Source: Candidatus Latescibacterota bacterium (GTDB lineage: Bacteria > Latescibacterota > UBA2968). Taken from it: 64,000 bases of DNA. Each line of letters starts with the position of its first letter. The stretch's first letter is position 1. The notes beneath the pieces were generated by a model. The model did no database searches, had not been told where the DNA came from, and saw only the letters and a program-made list of their open reading frames with translations. The DNA lies in assembly GCA_965205975.1 (NCBI GenBank), contig OZ242195.1:1824001-1888000 (forward strand), written 5' to 3'. Shown one piece after another: positions 48,194 through 57,300 of the stretch. Position numbers and translations under genes: made by a program.

Positions 48194-48674
48194 AGACAAC
48201 TGGCGAGCATCTCAAGTTCGCAATATCGGTGTTATCGAAGGCAATAGGCCAGCGACAGATAATGATTGGGAAACGATTAAAAGAGGTGGAGACGCAGCCA
48301 TAGTGAGGTGGATCAGAGGCCAAATGAGGGGAAAGACTTGCACCATTGTTTTGGTAGGAACAAACACCGCGAATCGCAAGTGGATCAACTATGAAATAGT
48401 AGAATCGTGGCGTCAAAAAATGGGGGTGGTGGGCATTCATGTCCATGGCCTGAAGGATAGATATGGTCGCACTTCAGCAATGGGCTATAATCCCTTCGGC
48501 TACTTCACATTTCCAAGAACGGTAACAGCAATGTCAAGCGTTGTGCGGTGCTATAACCCACCGGGCCGGAACAGCACAGAGAGGTATAATTGGATTGCCA
48601 ATAATCTTTCAGCGATGGTTGAAGAAGCAATCGACATCCGCAAAAAATTCCAAGCAGGAAGGTATGTCAAATGA
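48192..48674 (+). pseudogene. 5'-truncated Thoeris ThsB-like TIR-domain (DUF1863) gene
   Basis: Frame from the IS end reads PDNWRASQVRNIGVIEGN...NDWE...WIRGQM..KTCTIVLVG..TANRKWINYEI..SW...MGVVGIHVHGLKD; an in-frame TGA lies in the IS end; start and first beta-strand are missing. Confidence 0.85.
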
Positions 48675-49117
48675 ACAACAATGAATGTATCTTGAAGCAC
48701 CTGGAGTTTATTCAGGATATCGTAAACCGCTTGGAATCCAATGCCTTCCTTCTCAAGGGGTGGAGCCTTACCGTCCTTGTCGGAGGATCCTTATTGATGG
48801 TGAGACTTAGGCCAGACCAACCTCTATTAGCATTGACACTTCTCGTACCTGTTTTCGGGTTCTGGATGCTGGATGCATATTTTTTGTGGCAAGGGCGGTT
48901 GTTTCGAGATGAGTACAACCGGGTGCGTAAACAGGATGAGACCGACTTTGCCCTGGATCCGATGCAACATAAGCATAAACCGAAACGTAGCTGGTGCTCA
49001 ACATTTTTCTCCGGTACGCCGTTCATTTTTTATGTTGTGGAAATTGGGTTTGTTTCAGTTCTCGTTTTTTTTCTATGGATGGCAGGCATCCCGGCACCTG
49101 AGAATTGCTTCCCATGA
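48671..49117 (+). CDS. Small multi-TM protein coupled to the TIR gene (putative membrane effector)
   Basis: ATGA overlap with the TIR stop; HLEFIQ.IVNRL..NAFLLKGW, FWMLDAYFL..GRLFR..Y; three hydrophobic segments. Confidence 0.8.
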   Translation: MNNNECILKHLEFIQDIVNRLESNAFLLKGWSLTVLVGGSLLMVRLRPDQPLLALTLLVPVFGFWMLDAYFLWQGRLFRDEYNRVRKQDETDFALDPMQHKHKPKRSWCSTFFSGTPFIFYVVEIGFVSVLVFFLWMAGIPAPENCFP

Positions 49118-49161
49118 TTTTCCTTCTTCGCCAAAGGTAACTAACGGTCTCTTAGAGATAG

Positions 49162-49219
49162 TTTTATCAGCGTCTATCCTGGTCTTCACAAGGACAGGCC
49201 TATGTCCATCTGCGGATAA
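49162..49219 (-). repeat. Reverse-oriented CGCAGAT repeat (degenerate, interrupted)
   Basis: ttttatcagcgtctatc...gtccatctgcggataa. Confidence 0.65.
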
Positions 49220-49247
49220 CACTTAATTTTACATTTTACTCAATACA

Positions 49248-49391
49248 ATGAGCAGACAACCATTCACCAGACCTCAAGCTGCGGAGTTGGCGCGGCGGTT
49301 AAAAGAACCCCGACGATTCATTCAAGTCGTATTGGGAGCGAGGCAGGTCGGCAAAACGACCCTTGCATTGCAAGTGGCAGATCAGGAGGAT
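49248..49391 (+). pseudogene. N-terminal remnant of an AAA+ ATPase, in frame with hicB
   Basis: RRFIQVVLGARQVGKTTL Walker A with no Walker B or remainder. Confidence 0.7.
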
Positions 49392-49619
49392 ATGATGAGA
49401 AATTTTAGAATTATCGTTGAAAGATATTCCGATGGCTATGTGGGATATCCGCTCGGATTGAAGGGGGTCGTCGTTGGGCAGGGAGATACTTATGAAGAGG
49501 CATTGGCAGATGTAAAATCTGCTATTCGGTTTCATATTGAGACGTTTGGTAAAGAAGCGTTTGATGAAGATCCGCCGGTTCTGGAAACTTTTATGATTAA
49601 TGCAGAAATGGCGGTATAG
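49392..49619 (+). CDS. hicB: Short HicB-family antitoxin (no DNA-binding domain)
   Basis: RBS aggagg; FRIIVER..DGYVGY..GL.GVVVGQGDTYEEALADVKSAI. Confidence 0.85.
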   Translation: MMRNFRIIVERYSDGYVGYPLGLKGVVVGQGDTYEEALADVKSAIRFHIETFGKEAFDEDPPVLETFMINAEMAV

Positions 49620-49859
49620 ATGGCGAAGTTTCCTGTGGACGCACCCAGACGAAGGGTGATTCGCGCTTTCGAGTCTTTAGGATTCAAACGTGTACGCGAG
49701 GCAGAACATATTGCTATGCTTAAGGAAAATGCGGATGGTTCAAGAACTCCTTTGACGATGCCCAATCATCCGCGACTAAAGTCATCAACTTTGCGAACGA
49801 TTTGCACGCAATCAAAAATTTCGCGCGATGATTTTTTGCGTGCCTATCAAGATGCTTGA
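49620..49859 (+). CDS. hicA: HicA-family toxin
   Basis: VIRAFESLGFKRVR..EHIAM...LTMPNH..LKSSTLRTI. Confidence 0.85.
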   Translation: MAKFPVDAPRRRVIRAFESLGFKRVREAEHIAMLKENADGSRTPLTMPNHPRLKSSTLRTICTQSKISRDDFLRAYQDA

Positions 49860-49930
49860 TATCATTTGGAGGTTTATTCAGGGCGTCTTGAATCGTTTGG
49901 AATATTACCTAACCATCTATTTTATAAGGG

Positions 49931-49968
49931 TTTTATCTGCTTCCATCTGCGCCCATCTGCGGATAAAA
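49931..49968 (-). repeat. Reverse-oriented CGCAGAT triple repeat just before hsdR
   Basis: ttttatctgcttccatctgcgcccatctgcggataaaa. Confidence 0.8.
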
Positions 49969-49981
49969 CAGGAACGGAGCA

Positions 49982-52900
49982 ATGCCTACCTTCCCCTTCA
50001 GCGAAAAACATCTCTCCCAAATCCCTGCCCTGCAGCAGCTAATTAACATGGGCTACCGGTATCTCCCCCCCGAGAAGGCAATGGTAGAACGCGGCGGTCG
50101 CGCCTCCAATGTTCTGCTGGAAAACATCTTGCGCGATCAGCTTAAAAAAATAAACCGCATTCACTACAAAGGCGGTATGTATCTGTTCAGCGAGGAGAAT
50201 ATTCAATCCGCCATTCAGAAAATCAAAAATGTCCAATACGATGGCTTGCAAAAAACAAATGAAGTGATCTACGACCTGATAACGCTTGGCACATCGCTTG
50301 AACAAACAATTGAGAGCGATTCCAAAAGTTATACCCTGAACTATATCGACTGGAAAAATCCCGCGAACAATGTGTTTCACGCCACAGCGGAATTTTCTGT
50401 TGAACGCCCCCGCAGCATGGAAACCGCAAGACCGGATATTGTGCTGTTTGTGAATGGCATTCCCCTTGTTGTAATGGAGTGCAAAGGCCCCGATGTAGAT
50501 GTGGATCAGGCCATATCTCAGACAATTCGCAATCAGGGCGAAGAATATATCCCGCGTCTTTTCATTTACGCGCAGTTATTGTTGGCTATAAACAAAAATG
50601 AGGCAAAGTACGCAACAGTGGGAACTTCAAAGGCGTTCTGGAGTATTTGGGACGAAATGGAAGATTCTACTCACGAAGTGAATGCCAGCATCAATAAACC
50701 CCTTTCCGCTGAAGACAAAGACGCCCTATTCCGTGGCGATTTTGCCCTATCAGAATCGCACTTTGCCGCGCTTGAAAGCACAGGCGACCGGCTGCTTACG
50801 GAACAGGATAAATGTCTTCACAGTTTATGCCGCCCGGAACGTCTGTTAGAACTGATTTACGGCTTTATAGTCTTTGACCTCGGTATCAAAAAAATTGCCC
50901 GATACCAGCAGTTCTTTCTCGTTCGTTCCGCAATGAAGCGCATCAAACAAATAGATAATACAGGACGCCGCCAGGGCGGCATTGTCTGGCACACACAGGG
51001 GTCTGGAAAATCCATCACAATGGTTATGTTGGCTCGTAATCTGGCTCTGAACTCCGAACTGAATAACTCCCGAATGATTCTTGTTACAGACCGCAAAGAC
51101 CTGGACAAACAACTCGGCAACACCTTCGCGGCCTGTGGACTGATCATGGAACGAGCGACAACCGGACGGAATCTGGTCAAACACATCAAAAACGAAGTAG
51201 GCATCATCACGACGCTAATCAATAAATTTGATACGGCACTTTCTGCTGAAAAATACGTTGATGACTCAGCGAATATTGTCGTCCTCGTAGATGAAAGCCA
51301 CCGCACAAACTTCGGCTCTCTCGCAGCGCGTATGAGGCAGATGTTACCCAATGCCTGTTACATCGGTTTCACGGGTACGCCATTGCTCAAAAGAGAGAAG
51401 AACAGTTTTGTTAGATTCGGAGGTCTTATTGAACCGCACTATTCCGTGCGACAGGCGATCAAAGACAAGGCAGTGGTTCCCCTGCTGTACGAGGGGCGAC
51501 ATGTGGAGATCGAGCAAAACAAAATCGCTGTTGATTTGTGGTTCGAACGCCATACGGAAAACCTGACAGACGAACAAAAAGCCGACTTAAAAAGAAAATA
51601 TTCCCGTGCAGATGCACTCAATCAGGCAGATCAGATCGTCTATATGTGCGCGTTTGACATAAGCGAACACTACCGCGCAAACTGGCAGGACACCGGATTT
51701 AAGGCGCAACTTGTAGCACCCAACAAATCGACTGCCCTGAAGTATCGAGAATTTTTCAGTGAGATAGACGCTATTTCATCAGAGGTCGTTATCTCTCCCC
51801 CGGATACGCGAGAGGGACATGAGGAGGTAGGCGAAGAGACGGACGAGGTCAACGCGTTCTGGAACAAAATGATGGCTCGTTATGGTTCCGAAGACCAATA
51901 CAACAAGCAAATCATCGCGCAGTTCAAACACGCGGATGACCCGGAAATTTTGATTGTAGTAGATAAACTCATCACGGGATTTGACGCGCCTCGCAATACC
52001 GTGCTCTATCTGTGCCGCAAGTTGCGCGAACACACATTGCTCCAGGCTATTGCCCGGGTTAATCGCGTACACGAAGATAAGGAATTTGGCTATGTCGTTG
52101 ATTATGCCAACGTGCTTGGTGAACTGGATAAAGCACTGAACGAATACGACGCACTTGCGAATTTTGACGGAGAGGACCTCGCAGATGTCCTGATCTCCAT
52201 CCAGGAAGAAATACAAAAATTGCCGCAACGTTACTCAGACCTCTGGGACATATTCAAAGAAATTAAACATTCCCGAGATGAAGAACGCTACGAAGTCCTG
52301 CTATCCGATGACGCATTGCGGGAAGATTTTTATGAACGCCTCACGGAGTACGGCAAGACCCTCGCCATCGCGCTTTCATCTGAGCAGTTCATTATGCAGA
52401 CCAAAGAGGCTCAACTCAAACGCTACAAAAGCGACCTCTTACGTTTTGAGAAGCTGAGAAAGGCTGTCAGACTGCGCTACGCCGAAGCCATTGATTACGG
52501 CAATTATGACTCCCGAATTAAAAAGTTGCTAAACACGCATATTCAGGCAAATGAGGTTACCCAATTAAACGCCCCCGTGGATATTTTTGATGACAACGCC
52601 TTTTCTATGGTCAGAGAGACGCAAGGCATCTATCGCACCCGAAATACAGCGGCAAACGCCGACCAGATCGCGCATGCAACCAAACGCAAGATTACCGAAA
52701 ACATGGACAAAGACCCCGCTTTTTATGAGAAATTCTCAAAACTCATTCAGGAGGCAATCGACGATTTCAGGCAGCAACGGATATTAGCCCTGGATTATCT
52801 GCAAAAGGTGAGCGAGATTCGAGATAAGGTCGAAAGCACACAACGCGACGATGTACCCGACGAAATTCGCAATAACGGTGAGGCTTGTGCATATTTTGGC

Positions 52901-53176
52901 GCAATTAAACCCTGTTTCTCAAAAATTGACATTGGTGAAAGCCAGACCGATAACATCGCAATAAAAACAACGCTTGCCATTCAAACCGCGATAGATAAAA
53001 ATTGGAAGGTAGATTTTTGGAATGATGGTGACGCGCAAAATGCCGTAAAAAATGAGATTGATGATTTCTTCTACGATGTGGTGGAAGAAGTGCATGGCAT
53101 TGATCTATCGTCAGAACAAATGGACGAAATGATCAGCCAAACCATGAGGATCGCCAAATTCTGGAGACCCGCTTAA
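49982..53176 (+). CDS. hsdR: Type I R-M restriction subunit
   Basis: RPDIVLFVNGIPLVVMECK nuclease motif; HTQGSGKS, DESHR, GFTGTP, TGFDAP, QAIARVNR helicase motifs. Confidence 0.97.
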   Translation: MPTFPFSEKHLSQIPALQQLINMGYRYLPPEKAMVERGGRASNVLLENILRDQLKKINRIHYKGGMYLFSEENIQSAIQKIKNVQYDGLQKTNEVIYDLITLGTSLEQTIESDSKSYTLNYIDWKNPANNVFHATAEFSVERPRSMETARPDIVLFVNGIPLVVMECKGPDVDVDQAISQTIRNQGEEYIPRLFIYAQLLLAINKNEAKYATVGTSKAFWSIWDEMEDSTHEVNASINKPLSAEDKDALFRGDFALSESHFAALESTGDRLLTEQDKCLHSLCRPERLLELIYGFIVFDLGIKKIARYQQFFLVRSAMKRIKQIDNTGRRQGGIVWHTQGSGKSITMVMLARNLALNSELNNSRMILVTDRKDLDKQLGNTFAACGLIMERATTGRNLVKHIKNEVGIITTLINKFDTALSAEKYVDDSANIVVLVDESHRTNFGSLAARMRQMLPNACYIGFTGTPLLKREKNSFVRFGGLIEPHYSVRQAIKDKAVVPLLYEGRHVEIEQNKIAVDLWFERHTENLTDEQKADLKRKYSRADALNQADQIVYMCAFDISEHYRANWQDTGFKAQLVAPNKSTALKYREFFSEIDAISSEVVISPPDTREGHEEVGEETDEVNAFWNKMMARYGSEDQYNKQIIAQFKHADDPEILIVVDKLITGFDAPRNTVLYLCRKLREHTLLQAIARVNRVHEDKEFGYVVDYANVLGELDKALNEYDALANFDGEDLADVLISIQEEIQKLPQRYSDLWDIFKEIKHSRDEERYEVLLSDDALREDFYERLTEYGKTLAIALSSEQFIMQTKEAQLKRYKSDLLRFEKLRKAVRLRYAEAIDYGNYDSRIKKLLNTHIQANEVTQLNAPVDIFDDNAFSMVRETQGIYRTRNTAANADQIAHATKRKITENMDKDPAFYEKFSKLIQEAIDDFRQQRILALDYLQKVSEIRDKVESTQRDDVPDEIRNNGEACAYFGAIKPCFSKIDIGESQTDNIAIKTTLAIQTAIDKNWKVDFWNDGDAQNAVKNEIDDFFYDVVEEVHGIDLSSEQMDEMISQTMRIAKFWRPA

Positions 53177-53886
53177 TGTCGGAAACTCAGCACGCCATCA
53201 TGTATGCGGGCGAATCCATCCCCTTTCATCTGAGTTATTCCAACAGAAAATCTATCGAAATTGCCGTTCACCCAAATGGCTTAGTAACTGTAAAAGCACC
53301 ACTGGAAACAGATAAAAACCTCATCGAGCGTCGCGTTTACAAGCGCGCGCGTTGGATAAGACGCCAGATCCGCTATTTTGCACAGTTTGACCCGCGGACT
53401 CCAGAGCGGCGGTTTGTCGGAGGTGAAAGCCACCTTTACCTGGGGAAAAAGTATCGGCTAAAGATAAGACAGGCCGAAACGAACAAGGTCTTGCTAAAGC
53501 ATGGATTTTTTTATATAACAACCGTTAATAACGAACCAGAACATATCGCGATGTTGCTCGAAGAATGGTACCGAAGCAAGGCGAATATTTATTTTTCACG
53601 AGTGTTTGAAGAATGTTGGCATCCCTTTCAGAAAAAAGGGATAGATAAACCCACCCTCAAAATCCGAAAGATGAAAACGCGCTGGGGAAGTTTGAGCAGA
53701 AAAGGCAACCTGACGTTAAATCTGGACCTCATCAAAGCACCCAGAGAATGTATTGAATACGTCGTTATCCACGAGCTATGCCACCTGTTTCATCCCAATC
53801 ACGGGGCAGAGTTTTATAACTTGCTTGAACTCATGCTCCCCGATTGGATAAAACGAAAACACAAATTGGAAATGGCACTGTCTTAG
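53176..53886 (+). CDS. M48/YgjP (DUF45) zinc metallopeptidase-like protein associated with hsdR
   Basis: MKTRWGS, EYVVIHELCHL...NHG..FY. Confidence 0.9.
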   Translation: MSETQHAIMYAGESIPFHLSYSNRKSIEIAVHPNGLVTVKAPLETDKNLIERRVYKRARWIRRQIRYFAQFDPRTPERRFVGGESHLYLGKKYRLKIRQAETNKVLLKHGFFYITTVNNEPEHIAMLLEEWYRSKANIYFSRVFEECWHPFQKKGIDKPTLKIRKMKTRWGSLSRKGNLTLNLDLIKAPRECIEYVVIHELCHLFHPNHGAEFYNLLELMLPDWIKRKHKLEMALS

Positions 53887-53906
53887 AATCAGATCCGGCA
53901 TTCAAA

Positions 53907-55229
53907 TCACAACGTATGCAATTTTTGCGACAAATTTTCAACAGGTGTAAACACCCACTGTTTTCCTCTTTTTACCGCATTGAGCAATCCTTGAGCCTGT
54001 AAATTCAGCAAATCTGTACGTGCGGTCTGATAAACCACATTGTGGCTATTCTGGTGGCCATAGATTGTATAGCGATGGCGGGGATGGCGAAGTGCATGAC
54101 TCAAAAGTGCGCGTTGTCGATGATTGAACACGGCAGAATTTTTCAACACCTGATCAATGTCTTCAAATAGTCGCGCTTTGCGTTTGGCATATTGATGAAA
54201 TACATCCACAGTTTGCTCAATAACGCGCAATTGGTATAAAATAAAATACGTCAAATCATTGTCATCCGTCTCAGTGTACAAAAAGGACCGGCTATATCTT
54301 ACAGGAGCCTTGTGCAAAATTTGCGAAATAGACAAAAACTTAAACAGCCCGTAACCATTGCGTAGCATCAACCAGTAGAACAGTGCGCGTGCGGTGCGCC
54401 CATTGCCATCGACAAATGGGTGGTCATATCCCAGCCAGAAATGCAACATAATCGCTCGAAGCGCCGGATGAATAAACCAATCTGGCGTTTTGCCATTGGC
54501 AAAATCGCACATCGCCTGCACGCGCTCGGGGAGCTCTTCCGCAGGTGGCGGACGGTGCAAAATCTCACCAGTAATGGTATCGGTAACATAAACAGATTCT
54601 TTTGCATACCGAAAACGACCAGTACCTGATGGATCGTCCAGAGTATCTTCCGTCACCAGGCGGTGCAGATGAAAAATCAGGTCTTGAGTTAAAGGCTGAT
54701 CTTTCAACTCGCCAATTGCATTCATAGTGAGATAATTATTCAAAATCATCTGCTCACTGCGATTCTGTGGGGCTCGTCCAGTGCGGAGCATTTCTCTGGC
54801 GACCTGGCGCGTGGTTGTGGCACCTTCGAGTTGGCTGGATGTAATGGCCTCTTCAATCAGTGAATCCACAAAGTAGAGATTGGAGAACTCAGATGTAGTA
54901 GCCTGTTCAAGCAGACTAGAAAAACCAGACCTTCCCAAATCGATTTGGTGCAAATACTCGGGAATGGGGTCTATAATCAAAAAACGAAACGGGATGCCCG
55001 AGCCATCAACAAGTGGGATTTCTTTCCACAATTCCTTGCGGTGCAGCTTAAGGCCCAACCACCACTCGCGATGTGTCAGCCCCCGGGGAGGAGTCCGATA
55101 ACGCAACTCATCCCAATGCAAGTAGTCAGCCAACTCCACTTCCGAAATCAAATGTGGAAGTCGTCCAACTTCCACATCGCGCATCAGATCATCGAAAGCC
55201 GGTGGTATTTGCGGTTTTTTCATAATCAC
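53907..55229 (-). CDS. Fic-family protein with probable C-terminal wHTH
   Basis: YLHWDELRY, EEAITSSQLEGA, HPFVDGNGRTAR, TARTDLLNL. Confidence 0.92.
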   Translation of the reverse strand: MIMKKPQIPPAFDDLMRDVEVGRLPHLISEVELADYLHWDELRYRTPPRGLTHREWWLGLKLHRKELWKEIPLVDGSGIPFRFLIIDPIPEYLHQIDLGRSGFSSLLEQATTSEFSNLYFVDSLIEEAITSSQLEGATTTRQVAREMLRTGRAPQNRSEQMILNNYLTMNAIGELKDQPLTQDLIFHLHRLVTEDTLDDPSGTGRFRYAKESVYVTDTITGEILHRPPPAEELPERVQAMCDFANGKTPDWFIHPALRAIMLHFWLGYDHPFVDGNGRTARALFYWLMLRNGYGLFKFLSISQILHKAPVRYSRSFLYTETDDNDLTYFILYQLRVIEQTVDVFHQYAKRKARLFEDIDQVLKNSAVFNHRQRALLSHALRHPRHRYTIYGHQNSHNVVYQTARTDLLNLQAQGLLNAVKRGKQWVFTPVENLSQKLHTL

Positions 55230-55259
55230 TGCCCATCCATATTAAATGCTCATACTAAT

Positions 55260-55386
55260 TTCATACTAATATATGTAAAATTAGTATGAAAGGCTATCTA
55301 TACTTGTCCATATCGCTGTCCATTCATATTGGATGTTCATACTAATCTATGTAAAATTAGTATAAAAAGCCATCCATACTTGTCCA
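55260..55386. repeat. Tandem duplication (76-bp period) carrying an 11-9-11 palindrome upstream of the Fic gene
   Basis: ttcatactaat-N9-attagtatgaa at 55260-90 and a near-identical copy at 55336-66, each followed by ...atacttgtcca. Confidence 0.8.
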
Positions 55387-55459
55387 CTAAAATGTGGTGT
55401 GCTTAGTAGAAAACGTCGTATATTATGAAACATCAAAACCTACATAAAGAGGGTTATTA

Positions 55460-56305
55460 ATGGGATTACTCAAAGGAAAAGTAGCGATCATCACGGGTGG
55501 CGCGAGCGGCATTGGTCGCGCAACTGCTCGCCTCTTTGTTGAAGAAGGCGCACAAGTCGTCATCGCAGACATCCAGGAAGATAAGGGTCAAACCGTAGCA
55601 GAAGAACTCGGTCCCAACGCCATCTTCCAGCACACCAATGTGAGACGGGAACCCGATATCAGAGCCATGATCGGCCTCGCGGTCTCACACTTTGGACGCC
55701 TGGATTGCCTCTTTAACAACGCCGGATACGGCGGTGTAGCAGGACCTGTTGAAGAAACATCCATGCGGAGTTTTGACAAAACCGTAAGCATTCTCCTGCG
55801 CGGCGTATTCATGGGCATCAAATACGCGGCTCCCGTGATGAAAAAACAGGGATCGGGCAGCATCATCAGCACGGGTTCCGTCGCGGGCCTTCGCACGGGC
55901 TATGCGCCGCATGTGTACAGCGCGTGTAAAGCCGCCGTCATACACCTCACCCGCACAACGGCAATGGAATTGGGACCTCACAACATCCGTGTCAACTGTA
56001 TATGCCCCGGTGGCATTGCCACCCCCATATTTGCCCCGGCATTGGACCTCGCGCCCGAAGAATCCGACAAAGCATATCAACTCATGACCGAAAAACTCGC
56101 TGGTGGGCAGCCCATTCACCGCGCGGGGCAACCCGAAGACATCGCACACGCAGCCCTCTATCTCGCCAGCGATCACGCCTCATTTGTCAACGGTCACGCC
56201 CTCGTCGTCGATGGCGGCCTCATCGGCGGCCAAAAATGGGACAGATCCTGGATCGCCCGAGAGGGGCTTACGTCTGATGAGGACATACGTGAAGAAGGAG
56301 AATGA
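55460..56305 (+). CDS. Short-chain dehydrogenase/reductase
   Basis: TGGASGIG, NNAG, YSACK, IRVNCICPG. Confidence 0.93.
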   Translation: MGLLKGKVAIITGGASGIGRATARLFVEEGAQVVIADIQEDKGQTVAEELGPNAIFQHTNVRREPDIRAMIGLAVSHFGRLDCLFNNAGYGGVAGPVEETSMRSFDKTVSILLRGVFMGIKYAAPVMKKQGSGSIISTGSVAGLRTGYAPHVYSACKAAVIHLTRTTAMELGPHNIRVNCICPGGIATPIFAPALDLAPEESDKAYQLMTEKLAGGQPIHRAGQPEDIAHAALYLASDHASFVNGHALVVDGGLIGGQKWDRSWIAREGLTSDEDIREEGE

Positions 56306-56306
56306 T

Positions 56307-57287
56307 ATGAACCGCGTTTTAATCTCATTGGCCCTCATGCTCTTTATCGCTTGTGGCAGTGAACAAACCGGACCGGCAAAAACAACCATTGCCGTCATCC
56401 CCAAAGGCACAACCCACGAGTTCTGGAAATCGATTCACGCAGGTGCTGTCAAAGCGCAGCGCGAGTTAGACATAGAAATAATATGGAAAGGCCCGCTCAA
56501 AGAAGACGACCGCGAAGACCAGATCGCACTGGTCGAAAACTTCATCTCTCGCGGCGTTTCGGGCATTGTACTCGCGCCCCTCGACGACACTGCCCTTCGC
56601 GTACCCGTCGCCAATGCCGTGCGCAGCGGCATCCCGGTCGTCATCATCGACTCAGGGCTTCAAAGCGAGGACTTCGTCTCCTTTGTCGCCACCGATAATT
56701 ATCGCGGAGGACGCCTCGCAGGTGCCGACATGGCCCAACGCCTGAACGAAAAAGGCAAAGTCATCATGCTGCGCTATCAGGAAGGCTCTGCCAGCACAAT
56801 GAAACGCGAACAGGGATTCCTCGACGCAATAGGCGAGTATCCAGACATCGAAATTGTCTCATCAAATCAGCACGGCGGTGCCACCACCGAAAGCGCGTAT
56901 CAGGCCAGCGAAAACTTGCTCGCTCCCTTGAAGGACGCAAATGGCAAACTCACCATCCAGGGCATCTTCTGCCCCAATGAATCCACCACATTTGGCATGC
57001 TGCGCGCCCTGCAAGACGCGGGCCTCGCTGGCAGTGTCATATTCATCGGCTTTGACAGTTCGGAAAAACTCGTCGAAGCCCTCGAAAACGACCAGATCCA
57101 CGGGCTTGTACTGCAAAACCCCTTTAGAATGGGCTACCTCGGCGTCAAAACCATGGTCGCACATCTCAAAAATCAACCCGTTGAAAAGCGCATCGACACC
57201 GGCGTTGCCCTCGTCACCAAAGACAATATGAACGCCCCAGACATCAAAGACGTATTAACGCCAGACCTGAATAAATGGCTTAAGTAA
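56307..57287 (+). CDS. Sugar ABC transporter substrate-binding lipoprotein (RbsB-like)
   Basis: Lipobox FIAC, IPKGTTHEFW, GIPVVIID, VATDNYRGG, IGFD, QNPFRMGY. Confidence 0.92.
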   Translation: MNRVLISLALMLFIACGSEQTGPAKTTIAVIPKGTTHEFWKSIHAGAVKAQRELDIEIIWKGPLKEDDREDQIALVENFISRGVSGIVLAPLDDTALRVPVANAVRSGIPVVIIDSGLQSEDFVSFVATDNYRGGRLAGADMAQRLNEKGKVIMLRYQEGSASTMKREQGFLDAIGEYPDIEIVSSNQHGGATTESAYQASENLLAPLKDANGKLTIQGIFCPNESTTFGMLRALQDAGLAGSVIFIGFDSSEKLVEALENDQIHGLVLQNPFRMGYLGVKTMVAHLKNQPVEKRIDTGVALVTKDNMNAPDIKDVLTPDLNKWLK

Positions 57288-57300
57288 ATGGAGGAAATAG

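Noticed and set aside
48188..48216. Hybrid promoter from TTGACC in the IS256 right end
   Set aside because: No plausible -10 hexamer at 16-18 bp spacing.
48303..48674. 123-aa ORF from GTG 48303 as an intact TIR protein
   Set aside because: TIR homology continues 37 codons upstream to the IS end, so this start would omit core TIR elements; treated as a truncated gene.
33212..55386. Defence island as an integron, ICE or prophage
   Set aside because: No integrase, conjugation or phage structural genes, no attC-like sites recognised, and no flanking tRNA duplication seen.
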